Positions 26,508 to 40,369 are shown, counted from the first letter of the stretch. The stretch is DNA of 64,000 bases from Eledone cirrhosa (GCA_964016885.1 OZ024740.1:427056001-427120000); one strand, 5' to 3'. Made by a program: numbers and translations. The notes: generated by a model from the sequence alone, not told the origin.

Positions 26508-29410
26508 GTTTTGTTATATGTTTCAGCTGTCACACTGCTATCATATAACACACATCTAAAAACACGCAATCAAGATACAAGCAGAAAGCTCAACCAGCGT
26601 GGATGCGAAATTTAAAATCCAAAATGTTGTCCCTGAGACGAAGTATCTCACACATCGCAGTCGTTATGAAATGCAACATAGAGAGGAACTTCACACGACA
26701 CCAGGAAGACCTAAAGAAAAAGTTAGAGAGACGATTTGGAGATACAAAATTTAAAACTTTGAACTCCAAATTACACCAGTTGAAACAACAACTCACAGCT
26801 ACAACAGAAAGACTGAAATATAAGTCAACAGCACATAAACGACAAGTGCTAAATAGATTGTTTGCCAGAGATCCTAAATCAGTTTATCGCAGCTTCGGTG
26901 GCAAAAGCTCAATCTCTGTAAATGACACCCCTTCAAAAGAACAGGTTGAGAGCTACTGGAGATCTGTATGGGAAACGGATGACGGATTCAACAGACAAGC
27001 TAATTGGCTAAAAGAACTGGAACAGGACTACTGCCAACATGTCCAGACAAAACAATATGACATAGATGGGTCAATACTGGAAACAGCTCTACAGAAAATG
27101 TCGAATAGGAAATCGCCAGGCCCAGACCTCATTACAGGATACTGGTTGAAGAATTTCACTTTCTATCGGCAAGATCTCATACGGCTGTTTACAGAAACCA
27201 TTAAGGGCACACAAGAACTGCCCAGATGGTTATCAACTGCCTCTACTCTCCTCATTCCCCCAAATAGCCAAACCACCCTTGCTAAAAATTACCGCCCAAT
27301 TGCCTGCCAAAACATCATGTATAAATTATATACTGGGTGCCTTAACCTGTTCTTACAGGATCACTGTGCTACCAACAACATCATAAGACCTGAGCAGGCT
27401 GGTGGAAAGAGGGAGGTGTGGGGTTGCATAGATCACATACTAACTAACAAAATGATTCATGAAAAAACAACAAAGAATCGCAGAAACATGACTGTCGTGT
27501 GGCTGGACTATCAAAAAGCATTTGATAGTGTACCTCATGGGTGGATTGTTAAGGCTTTACAGTTAGCTAAAGTCCCACAACCATTGGTAGCTGCTGTTGA
27601 ACGCCTGACCAAGAACTGGTACACCAGTTTGATCCTTAGAGGTGAGAAGAAGCAGGTTAAGACTGATAAGATACATTACCAGAAGGGCATCTTTCAGGGT
27701 GATAGCTTGTCAGTGCTTCTCTTCGTTCTCTCACTGAATCCACTATCTTACCTACTCAGGAAGCAAGGTGGACAAAGAAGTGGGCCCAGAAGTATCTCCC
27801 ATCTTTTCTTTGTTGATGACCTGAAGTTGTATGGGCCAAATATCAATGACATCAAGAAACAATTGGACCTCATTACACATTTTTCAACCGACATCAACAT
27901 GAAATTTGGTGAGTCTAAGTGTGCATATTTAGCAGTAAAACGTGGAAGAGCTGTGCCCTCCTCTAGGAATCTAGAGATGAACGGCCTGACAATACAACCT
28001 CTGCAGTCAGGTGACAACTACATATATCTTGGACAGGATGAGAATGTCAGATATGATGGACCCATAAATAAGGAGAGAACCAGAACTGAATACCTCAGAA
28101 GAGTAAAGAAAATATGGTCATCAGAACTGTCAGCATACAACAAATACATTGCCCACAATACTTATGCTGTGCCAATTCTAACGCCAACATTTGGCCTGCT
28201 GAACTGGTCATTGCAAGAACTAAGTGAGATGGATGTTAGAACTCGAAAACTTCTCAGTGTTACTGGGAACTTTAACATCAATGGTGAAGTGGATAGGCTA
28301 TACTTCTCACGCAAGGAAGGTGGCCGGTGTCTAAAATCAATATTAACAACATATGAGACCCGGATAGTAACACTGAAGCAACACCTTCAACAGAGGAAAA
28401 AGGTTGGCAACCATCTTGCCCAGGTTTATGAGCATGAAAAAAGAAATATCATTAGAATAGCGACTGATCTGGAGGAGAGATATGGAATAAAGCCTGATAT
28501 AAATCTCTCACCCAGAGAAATCGGAAGATCCTATTCAATGTTCAAACAAGATAAAAAATTGACCAATTTACAGAAAAAGTTGTGCATGGATACTTGAGGC
28601 GTAAAACACAGACCATAGAGGGGATAAACCACTCAAAAAGCCTGGCATGGAGTTCCGACAAGTTTATGACATCACACCTTGAGGGATATCTCTATGCAAC
28701 ACAGGAACAAGAACTCCCTACCAAATATCTGTTGCACAAAAGAGGAGGGCCAGCAGCTGACAATAAGTGTAGGCTATGTAAAACAAAGATCGAGGATGTA
28801 AGCCACATTGTTGCCAGCTGCGAAAGAATGTCATCTCGCTACTACCTCCCCATGAGACACGATGGGATAGCTAGAACCATCTGGAACGCACTTCGGAAAA
28901 CAAAATTAACAACAAACGAAGAAGAATATATTGAGACAGATGGCACTAAGGAATACTGGTGGAACCTGAAAATAAAAACTGCCACCAAATTAAAGCACAA
29001 CCGGCCTGATATTGTAGTTTGGGACCACACATTGAAAACGTGTTCTGTTGTGGAGATCAGCTGCCCACTTGATGTAAACGTTGTCAGAAAAATACAGGAG
29101 AAGGAGGACATCTACGGACCATTGATGAGGAGTTTACAAATCCAGTATCCAAGATACACCTTTAGCTTCATACCCATCATTATTGGTGCTACGGGTTATA
29201 TACCAACCCGCTTGGACCAAAGTATGACTGAACTTGGATTTGCGGACAAAAAGCGCAGCTCCCTATCATAGTCAACAAATGGCAGGCACCTTCAACATTT
29301 GCAAAACATTCTTGCGATTCAAGGGATGACAATTTCTTTTCTTTTACAACCTTGCCACCAGGAAGGTGGCCGGTCAAAAAAATATACTCGAAATTAAGAG
29401 AAAGAGAAAA
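26507..29410 (+). mobile_element. 5'-truncated R4/Dong-like non-LTR retrotransposon (RT plus RLE) in (TACA)n
   Basis: RT followed by CCHC, RHD and PD-(D/E)xK-type RLE motifs. (TACA)n lies on both flanks. Confidence 0.88.
26603..29271 (+). pseudogene. Reverse transcriptase / restriction-like endonuclease ORF, frameshifted at about 28582
   Basis: KSPGPD, NYRPIAC, LDYQKAFDSV, GIFQGDSLS and FVDD in 26603-28597. CRLCK..SHIVASC, RHD, NRPDIVVWD and VVEISCP in a second frame, 28582-29271. Confidence 0.9.
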
Positions 29411-29735
29411 CATACATACATACATACATACACACACACGTACATACATACATACGTACATACATACATACATACACACACACATACATACATTCATACA
29501 TACATACATACATACATACGTACATACATACATACCTGTGTGTAGTAGTTTCTGTCGCCTGCTGCGGCCCAACGTTCCCAGCTTTCCTGCCATTCTAATC
29601 AACACACACTCCAGACTGATACATTGCTTTCATCTCTTATAATCAGAATTTCATTAGACGCACAAATACACTCATGCGCACTCAAATCATTACCTTCCAC
29701 ACACACACACGTACACCCCCTCCTCCCACACACAC

Positions 29736-29770
<35 letters not shown>

Positions 29771-29775
<5 letters not shown>

Positions 29776-29936
29776 AAATGAAATAACAAGGACGATTGGT
29801 TCCTCCTTCATTACGTTTACTGTTTGGTGACACGCGTTTCGACACTGATCAGTTCAAGGTTCGATTTGTATCGATCTGACCCGACTCTTTAATTCGCGGC
29901 TCTTCTGACCCCTTGTAACTCTAAGTTACACTCCCT

Positions 29937-29940
<4 letters not shown>
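29771..29940 (-). mobile_element. Family D fragment with degenerate hammerhead D2 (29826-29912) and inverted 3' tip
   Basis: Minus strand: ggggt-CAGAAGA-gccgc..gtgtc-GAAA-cgcgtg-TC-acc. 29916-29940 is the reverse complement of 20750-20776. (TA)n on both sides. Confidence 0.7.
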
Positions 29941-30029
<89 letters not shown>

Positions 30030-30249
30030 TATATACACACAATGCAAATGAAACTTTGATATGCTTGTTCGATATGCTGGAGACCCGGATAAACAGAGGC
30101 GTGGTAAGTTTCTGGTCGATACAGACTCTAGACATTCGATAATGTAGCTATAGGGAAGCCTGAAAAACATGTAGAGTAATGTATAAGCATGTAAAGTAAA
30201 ACATGTGATGTCATGATCATAGATCCGCAGAACAAAAATGAGATGAGGC

Positions 30250-30298
30250 TACACAACCACAATAAGACCACCACCACCAACACCACCACCACCAGCAC

Positions 30299-30330
<32 letters not shown>

Positions 30331-32900
30331 ACACCAACAACACCAACAACACCACCACCACCAACAACATCACCAACAACAAGACCACAAACACCACCAC
30401 CAGCAACAACATCACCAACACCAACACCATCAATACCACCACCAACAACAGAAACAACAACAACGACAACATCACCAACACCTACAACAACAACACAACC
30501 AACACCAACACTAACACCAACAACACCACCAATATCACCACCAACAACACCACCACCACCACCACCACCAACAACAACATCACCAACACCAACACCATCA
30601 ATACCACCACCAACAACAGAAACAACAACAACTCCAACATCACCAACACCTACAACAACAACACAACCAACACCAACACTAACACCAACAACACCACCAA
30701 CATCACCACCAACAACACCACCACCACCAATAACACCACCAACACCACCCCCACCAACAACAACTCCACCACCAACAACACCAACAACAACAGCAACAAC
30801 ACCACCACTAACACCACCACTAACAACACCACCAACGCCACCACCAACAACAACAACACCAACCCACCAACACAACCAACACCACCACCACCACTACCAA
30901 CAACAACACCAACATCACCAACAACAACACAAACAACACCACCACCAACAACAACACCAACAACACCACCACCATCACCAACACCAGCAACAGCAACACA
31001 ACCAACACCAGCGCCACCACCAACAACACAACTAACACCACCAACAACAGCACAAGCAACATCACCACCAACAACACCACCACCAACAATAACATCACCA
31101 ACACCACCACCAACAACAACAACTCCACCACCAACAACACAAACAACAACAGCACCACCAACAAACACACCACCAACACCACCACCAACACCACCAACAC
31201 CACCACCAACAACAACACAACCACCAACAACACCAACACCAACAACACCACCAACACCACCATCAACAACACCACCACCAACACCCCCAACATCAAGAAC
31301 ACCAACAACAACACCACCAACACCGCCAACACCACCAACACCACTAAACAACAACACCAACAACACCACCAACACCACCACCACCAACGACAACACCACC
31401 AACACCACCAACACCACCAATACCACCACCAAAAACAGCAATAACAACAACACCAACAACACCACCAACAACACCACCAACAACACCACCACCAACGACA
31501 ACACCACCAACACCACCAATACCACCACCAAAAACAGCAATAACAATAACACCAACAACACCACCAACACCACCACCACCAACGACAACACCACCAACAC
31601 CACCAACACCACCACCACCAACGACAACACCACCAACACCACCAACACCACCAATACCACCTCCAAAAACAGCAATAGCAACAACACCAACAACACCACC
31701 AACACCACCACCACCAACGACAACACCACCAACACCACCAACACCACCAATACCACCACCAAAAACAGCAATAACAACAACACCAACAACACCACCAACA
31801 CCACCACCACCAACGACAACACCACCAACACCACCAACACCACCAATACCACCACCAAAAACAGCAATAACAACAACACCAACAACACCACCAACACCAC
31901 CACCACCAACGACAACACCACCAACACCACCAACACCACCAATACCACCACCAAAAACAGCAATAACAACAACACCAACAACACCACCAACACCACCAAC
32001 ACCACCAATACCACCACCAAAAACAGCAATAACAACACCAACAAAACCAACAACACCACTAACACCACCACCACCAACGACAGCACCACCAGCGCCACCA
32101 ATACCACCACCAAAAACAGCAATAACAACAACACCAACAACACCACCAACACCACCACCACCAACGACAACACCACCAACACCACCAACACCACCAACAC
32201 CACCAATACCACCACCAAAAACAGCAATAACAACAACACCAACATCACCAACTACAACAACACTAACAACACCACCACTAACAACACCACCAACGCCACC
32301 ACCACCACCAACGACAACAACAACAACACCAACCACACCACCACTAACAACACCACCAACGCCACCACCACCACCACTAACAATAACAACATCAACACCA
32401 ACCCCACCAACAACAACACCACCAACACCACCACTACCACCAACAATACCAACATCACCAACAACAACACCACCAACACCACCACCATCACCAACACCAC
32501 CAACAACAACACAACCAACACTAACACCAGCGCCACCACCAACAACACCAGCGCCACCATCAACAACACCACCACCACCAATAACACCACCAACACCAAC
32601 ACCACCAACAACAACTCCACCACCAACAACACCACCAACACCATCAACACCACCAACAACAACACCACCAACACCACCAACAACAACACCACCAACACCA
32701 CCAACACCACCAACACCACCAACAACACCAAGACCACCAAGACCACCAACACTACCAACGCCGCCATCAACAACACCACCAACACGAACAACACCACCAC
32801 CAACAACACCACCAACACCACCAACACCACCACCAGCACCACCAACACTAACAACACCACCAACAACAACAACGACAATAGCAGCAGCAACGCTGCAACA
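30250..32900. repeat. (CAA/CAC) trinucleotide-derived array with 96-bp higher-order units
   Basis: aaaaacagcaata recurs at 31665, 31761, 31857 and 31953. Confidence 0.93.
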
Positions 32901-32901
32901 A

Positions 32902-33592
32902 AGTGTTGAACAAAAGGACAACGATGGTTGCCGAACACTGTACGGCTTATAATTCGGGCTGTTTGTTTACAAACAAACCGAGCATTATAATAAATGTTCG
33001 GTAAACCCATACGTACATATATAAATATATATATATGTGTGCATGTATGTATATATATATACATACTAGTGTACGTCTGTATACATATATGTATGTACGT
33101 ATACATACTTATATTTAAGTATCAGCCGTTCCAAGAGTGAGAAATGAAATTTCATTTTTTCCATTTATTGCTTTCGGTACACCCGGCCGACTAACTCACT
33201 CTATATGCAAATTAGGCTGCTCAGCCGTTAATATGCATAAGGAAAGTATATACTTTCAAACGTTCAATCGTTTGACAGGAAGGTATACGGTGCTGGTGAC
33301 AGCTAATAAGCTACAAACTATTTCATCGTTCATTTGTCGGTGTTGAAAAAAAGGCTAGCAATGGTTGCTAAACACTGTACGGCTAATAATTCGGGTTGTT
33401 TGTTTACAAACAAACCGAGCATTATAATAAATGTTCGGTAAACCCATACGTACATATATATATGTGTGTGCATGTATGTATGTATATACATACTAATGTA
33501 CGTCTGTATACATATATGTATGTACGTATACATACTTATATTTAAGTATCAGCCGTAATAAGAGTGAGAAATGAAATTTCATTTTTTCTATT
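32902..33592. repeat. Diverged direct duplication of about 260 bp (32902-33165 and 33339-33592)
   Basis: Both copies contain aacactgtacggct..gtttgtttacaaacaaaccgagcattataataaatgttcgg..gagtgagaaatgaaatttc. Confidence 0.85.
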
Positions 33593-33678
33593 TATATATA
33601 TACAGATATATATATATATATGTGTATATATACAGATATGTGTATATATGTGTATGCACACCTTCTATATATATTAAA

Positions 33679-33987
33679 CAGTGGCGGACTGGCCAGGTTG
33701 CCCAATGGCAAGTAGGCCCCAGGGCGCCACAGTAGCATTGCAAGAGCGCACTGTAGCATTGCATAGCCCACTGTAGTATTTTCGAGAAATACCTGAAATC
33801 TAAGAGAAAGAATAAATAAAATAATTAAGCAAAGCATTTGGTCAACCAATTCCCCGGGGAATTACTAGACACCAAAATATACGATAGTGCAAATAGCTGG
33901 AATCAGTGGTTGCATATTCTACAAAATCTAAAGTTTAGAGTATTGATTCATGCATGCAAACATACATATATAGACACAGACACAGAA

Positions 33988-33990
<3 letters not shown>
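33679..33990 (+). mobile_element. DNA-transposon end with hAT-like CAGTGGCGGA terminus
   Basis: Starts cagtggcggactggccaggttgcc. An inverted homologue lies at 43300-43646. Confidence 0.55.
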
Positions 33991-34041
<51 letters not shown>

Positions 34042-34047
<6 letters not shown>

Positions 34048-34503
34048 ATACTTGGGAAGGGTCATATTTGTGTAATATTGCCAGAATTAATAACAGAACA
34101 CACTCACTGTTTGGTTGGTTTTCGCTTCTGTATCTTTTATATCGGTTAATTTAATTTATTCGGTCCTCAATGTTGCCATTGACTGACCAACGGTCAAAAA
34201 TACAGATACAATATAGTCACAGACACATATATATAGTTTATCAAAGTTCTTTCGTTGCACATCTGCAACATCGTCAGTGTAGCTATTATGTTTCCTCCAG
34301 TTGCTTACGCAATCTTTATTTAGTATGTTTATTTATTTATTTGTTTATTTTTTGTCTTCTCTGCGCATACGTTTGCTTGTGTGTATAGTGTTTTGTTTGA
34401 TGTGTGTTCTTGTTTGGGTGACTGTGTATTGGTTAATGTATTCTATCTTAGTTTACTAGTGTGTGTTTATATGTGTTTGTTGTTATTGTGCTTGTGTATG
34501 TAT

Positions 34504-34534
<31 letters not shown>

Positions 34535-34674
34535 TACTTCTCTTAGGTCAGTGTTGTTTGTTTGGGTGTTGTTGTTATTCCATTCATTTTTTTCTGTTTT
34601 GTTTTGTTTGTTTAGCCTTGGCCTTCTAAGTTCTATATTTGTTTTGACACACGATTTCATATCAAAAACCTTAC

Positions 34675-34680
<6 letters not shown>
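34042..34680 (-). mobile_element. Diverged family B insertion with inverted 3' tip
   Basis: Starts attgttatacttgggaagggtcat, like 18016 and 35931. About 34636-34680 matches the family B long tail on plus. (TA)n flanks. Confidence 0.7.
34240..34281 (-). ncRNA. Hammerhead-like motif B3
   Basis: Minus strand: ca-CTGACGA-t-gttgca-gatg-tgcaac-GAAA-gaac-TT-tg. Stem II is compensated relative to B4, but stem I is weak. Confidence 0.55.
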
Positions 34681-34750
<70 letters not shown>

Positions 34751-34878
34751 AAAGTTATATTTAAATTGTTGGGTTAACAACGAGTAAATATTTATAACTG
34801 ATATAAAAGCACTCAACAAGTATTTGGAGTATATTTATGATATTAAATAAATGGAAACTATATTTATAAAACCATATT

Positions 34879-34944
34879 TATTTCGTTATATATATTTCAG
34901 GGATATCATATTAACAATATGTTATGCCTTCTTCAGACAAAATA
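34879..34944 (-). ncRNA. Hammerhead ribozyme motif A4
   Basis: Minus strand: tattttgt-CTGAAGA-aggcataacatatt-gtt-aatatgatatccct-GAAA-tatata-TA-acgaaata. Confidence 0.8.
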
Positions 34945-35867
34945 CAATATAAACAGTCTTATAAATAAATAGATACGACATACCTTTCAATCACCTTGCA
35001 TTTGGGAGGTTGATTTGGCAGTAAAAAATATTGTGGACAGTTGTAAAAAGAAAGAGAGAAAGAAAGAAAGAAAGAGAAACGAAGAAAAAGAAGAAATGCA
35101 TGTGACTAAATAGAGAGATATAGAAAGATAGATAAAGAGAAGAACTTCATGTAAAGAAACAGAGAGAAATATATATAGAGAGAGGAAAAAAGAAAGAGAT
35201 AGATAGAGATAGATAGAGAAACTAGGAAGTTGAGTATCGGTTGATACATTTATTTATTTATTTATTTATTTATTTAGCTCTAGTATTAATGTAAAGAGAG
35301 ATGTATGTAGTTAAGAGAGAAAATAGCCGTTATATAGAGAGAAAAAAGAGAAAATGAAAAAGAGAAAATGAAAAATAACCAGACATAAACGAGGTAGAGT
35401 TTAAAAACGCTATGTTTTATCCTGTAGAAAATATTAGTTCGTATAAAACAGGCATTATAATGTAAATATCAGTATTCATGAATGAGGCATGTATCTATAA
35501 TGTGTGAAAAGTAATGATCTTATGTCTAGTTTTTAAAAATTCATATGTTTATATCATAATTATAAACAAACTCCCAATTCACACGAAAACATTCTCATTG
35601 TGCTATAAAAATTCAAGTATACATATATGTGTGTATATATACACATATATATAGAGTCTATATTAATTTTAACAATACTATTCTTGTCTTTACTCTACAT
35701 GATTGTTGATCAAGCAGAAATAGAGAACAGATTTCAATATATTAATAAAAATAAAAATAAAAATAAAAATAAAAATAAAAATAAAAATAAAAATAAAAAT
35801 AAAAATAAAAATAAAAATAAAAATATCAGAGACAAGAAGATAAATAAATAAACAGAAAACTAAAACA

Positions 35868-36383
35868 TTTAATTTCGTTTCTGAATTTGTTTAGCAAGAT
35901 TCTTTATCTGAAATCGTGTGTTGAAACCGATATTGTTATACTTTGGGAGGGTCATGTTGCCAATAAGAAACACACGCACCAGTTGCTTTCACTTCAATTT
36001 AATTCATTATATATTTATAAATTTACAAATTTATAAATTTCTGGTTGGTTGGTTGGTTCCACAACCAGATAGTTGTTTATATATATATAGTCATAGTTCT
36101 TTCGTCACACACTCTGTGACCTCTTCAGTGACTGGGGATTTCTTTCTTCGTTTCTGTGCCTTTCCTTTCTTCTATCCTACGCCATTTTGTTTGTGTGTGG
36201 GTTGCGTGCTCAGTTTTATATGACTATATATATATAAACAACTATCTGGTTGTGGAACCAACCAACCAACCAGAAATTTATAAATTTGTAAATTTATAAA
36301 TATATAATAAATTAAATTGAAGTGAAAGCAACTGGTGCGTGTGTTTCTTATTGGCAACATGACCCTCCCAAAGTATAACAATA
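35868..36383. mobile_element. Family B inverted pair nested inside the family A insertion
   Basis: 35931-36095 is mirrored at 36219-36383. The long tail is at 35868-35930. Confidence 0.85.
36089..36133 (-). ncRNA. Hammerhead-like motif B4
   Basis: Minus strand: agtca-CTGAAGA-g-gtcaca-gagtg-tgtgac-GAAA-gaac-TA-tgact. Perfect 5-bp stem I and 6-bp stem II. Confidence 0.65.
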
Positions 36384-37467
36384 AAACATTTAATATTAAA
36401 AATAAAAAATATTACAAAATATTAAAAAATAATAAAAATAAAACATAGTATGCCACGCAAATCGGCCACAGAGATCAGCCTTTCAAAGTTAATTGACAAT
36501 ATATTGCCAAGTTCATCATACGCATCAGAGTCGAAACAGATAAAACAAAAATTGTTTACCAAATCCTGTCTAGCAGAAATCATTCCAAAAGTTTAGGATA
36601 CCCATTTGGTCTACATATGTTCTTATATTTAATATAGAAGTTTATCTAGTGTAAAATTTAATTCGATATATTTGGAGCATCAGCTTTTAGGGTAGTTTAA
36701 TTATTCATGAAGAATGTTTTAATAAAAAGAATGTTTTAATAAAAAGAAGAAATCGAAAGATTTATCGGCTAGTTTCATAGATAATTACAAATCAAATCAA
36801 ACATAACTACATTTTAAATTTAAATTTATATTTAAACGTTGAGTTCAATCTATGTCTGCAGCAACTGAATAAATTTGTCCGTAGATTAAGGGAATTTTTA
36901 GATTTCACACATTATAGATACATGTCTCATTCATGAATACTGATATTTACATTATAATGCCTGTTTTATACGAACTAATATTTTCTACAGGATAAAACAT
37001 AGCGTTTTTAAACTCTGCCTCGTTTATGTCTGGTTATTTTTCATTTTCTCTTTTTCATTTTCTCTTTTTTCTCTCTATATAACGGCTATTTTCTCTCTTA
37101 ACTACATACATCTCTCTTTACATTAATACTAGAGCTAAATAAATAAATAAATAAATAAATAAATGTATCAACCGATACTCAACTTCCTAGTTTCTCTATC
37201 TATCTCTATCTATCTCTTTCTTTTTTCCTCTCTCTATATATATTTCTCTCTGTTTCTTTACATGAAGTTCTTCTCTTTATCTATCTTTCTATATCTCTCT
37301 ATTTAGTCACATGCATTTCTTCTTTTTCTTCGTTTCTCTTTCTTTCTTTCTTTCTCTCTTTCTTTTTACAACTGTCCACAATATGTTTTACTGCCAAATC
37401 AACCTCCCAAATGCAAGGTGATTGAAAGGTATGTCGTATCTATTTATTTATAAGATTGTTTATATTG

Positions 37468-37533
37468 TATTTTGTCTGAAGAAGGCATAACATATTGTTA
37501 ATATGATATCCCTGAAATATATATAACGAAATA
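37468..37533 (+). ncRNA. Hammerhead ribozyme motif A5
   Basis: Plus-strand mirror of A4. Confidence 0.8.
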
Positions 37534-37570
37534 AATATGGTTTTATAAATATAGTTTCCATTTATTTAAT

Positions 37571-37630
<60 letters not shown>

Positions 37631-37797
37631 GACACGAACTACTGACCAAATGCTATTTGGTATGAATGGGTTAAAGACATCTGTCAAATCAATTGGTGGT
37701 GAAGGTGGTGTATATATATAGATATAGATATAGAAACACACACACACACTCACACAAACACATACATATAAATATAACATATATATATATATATATA

Positions 37798-37968
37798 TAA
37801 GCAAAGGGATATTTAATTTGTTGGTAATTCAATAAATATATATGTCAATATTTATAAAACAATCTTCGTATTTTATCTGATGAGCGTACCAAATTGTTGG
37901 TACCCTTGAAATATATATAATAGAATAAATATGGTTTTATAAATATAGTTTCCATTTATTAATATCAT

Positions 37969-37970
<2 letters not shown>
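37798..37970 (+). mobile_element. Family A fragment with hammerhead A6 (37869-37927) and inverted 3' tip
   Basis: tattttat-CTGATGA-gcgtacc..ggtaccctt-GAAA-tatata-TA-atagaata, with a 2-nt deletion in stem II. 37798-37842 is the long-tail tip in the opposite orientation. Confidence 0.75.
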
Positions 37971-38038
<68 letters not shown>

Positions 38039-38376
38039 CGAAGGAGTTGTGGTAAGGAACCAGATGGAACATAACGCACCAGAGTACTCAATACTTAGGG
38101 TAGTAGAGTGAGTAATAGGAGAAAGTATGACCCCGACGCCAGAGCTCAAGCCGTTTCGCCAGGTATTACTGGACTGAGATAAAGTGTAATAAAGGATCAA
38201 CAGAAATTATGATGAATTGAAAATTACCAGAAATGACGGAGGCGAAGTGGATCATTGTAGACAAGGGGATACGAGGGTCGGCTGAAAGGTTCATAGGCTG
38301 ACCGAGATACTCTCATTCTGCGTCCAGAAATAGCCGTCGAAACGGCTTGAGCTCTGCTGTCAGGGTCATACTTTCT

Positions 38377-38428
<52 letters not shown>

Positions 38429-38456
38429 ATCAAAAGATGGTTAAAAGAGTTCCATG

Positions 38457-38527
38457 TATTTTATTATGCGCATTTCAAAAATAAATATCATCATGCAATA
38501 ACATTTGTGTTTTCATCAGATAAAATA
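38457..38527 (-). ncRNA. Hammerhead ribozyme motif A7 (divergent subfamily)
   Basis: Minus strand: tattttat-CTGATGA-aaacacaaatgttatt..gatgatatttattttt-GAAA-tgcgca-TA-ataaaata. Lies in a 115-bp insert within (TA)n. Confidence 0.78.
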
Positions 38528-38535
38528 GGAAGACA

Positions 38536-38575
<40 letters not shown>

Positions 38576-38745
38576 GGTGTGATAGACCAAAGGTCATGAT
38601 TGAAAGAGGCTGGATTTCTCAAAATACATACTTTTTTATTGAAGAAGGTAAGATATTTTCCCGCAAAAATGTTATTGCCCTGTTTTGTTGCCACTTATGT
38701 ATTTTTTAAAAATGTTATTTATTCATTATAAAAATTAAATGATAG

Positions 38746-39298
38746 CATTCTATATGTAGGTGGAGCCATTCATTCTATATGTAGGTGGAGCCATTCATTC
38801 TATATGTAGGTGGAGCCATTCATTCTATATGTAGGTGGAGCCATTCATTCTATATGTAGGTGGAGCCATTCATTCTATATGTAGGTGGAGCCATTCATTC
38901 TATATGTAGGTGGAGCCATTCATTCTATATGTAGGTGGAGCCATTCATTCTATATGTAGGTGGAGTCATTCATTCTATATGTAGGTGGAGCCATTCATTC
39001 TATATGTAGGTGGAGCCATTCATTCTATATGTAGGTGGAGCCATTCATTCTATATGTAGGTGGAGCCATTCATTCTATATGTAGGTGGAGCCATTCATTC
39101 TATATGTAGGTGGAGCCATTCATTCTATATGTAGGTGGAGCCATTCATTCTATATGTAGGTGGAGTCATTCATTCTATATGTAGGTGGAGCCATTCATTC
39201 TATATGTAAGTGGAGCCATTCATTCTATATGTAGGTGGAGCCATTCATTCTATATGTAGGTGGAGCCATTCATTCTATATGTAGGTGGAGCCATTCAT
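38746..39298. repeat. 25-bp minisatellite, about 22 units (cattctatatgtaggtggagccatt)
   Basis: Near-identical units with a period of 25. Confidence 0.97.
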
Positions 39299-39344
39299 CT
39301 TGCAACCAATATTTTTAGATCTAGTCCGTCACTGAATTTATATA

Positions 39345-40016
<672 letters not shown>

Positions 40017-40069
40017 AATCTTCTATACACAATCATACACACCCGTGTATATTTACCTATCTATATCTA

Positions 40070-40106
<37 letters not shown>

Positions 40107-40369
40107 CCAATCATTGTAAGTTTGAATATAACCGACATGCAAAAACATATATATAGGAATAAAGTAAGCCCAAATCATAGTAGATTCAAATATCACAGAG
40201 AAAAAGAGATAGATAGAGAGGGAGAAAGAGAGAGAGAGAGAGATGGAGACAGAGCGAGAAAGAGGAGGGGATAAATGAGGAGGAACATAAATGAAACATG
40301 GATTACAGGTTAAAGCATCGCCTAAATAGATGTGAAACAAAACGAGGATGTTGTTTATGGGACACCCAA

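Larger units (their letters stand above)
34749..37576. mobile_element. Large head-to-head family A insertion with arms of about 670 bp
   Basis: About 34837-35508 is the reverse complement of about 36902-37576. The left arm has an extra tail at 34749-34836. (TA)n flanks. Confidence 0.85.

Noticed and set aside
30213-32909. 898-aa Thr/Asn mucin-like ORF
   Set aside because: Trinucleotide-derived array that shifts register mid-ORF, is open on both strands and has no signal peptide. Transcript evidence would be needed.
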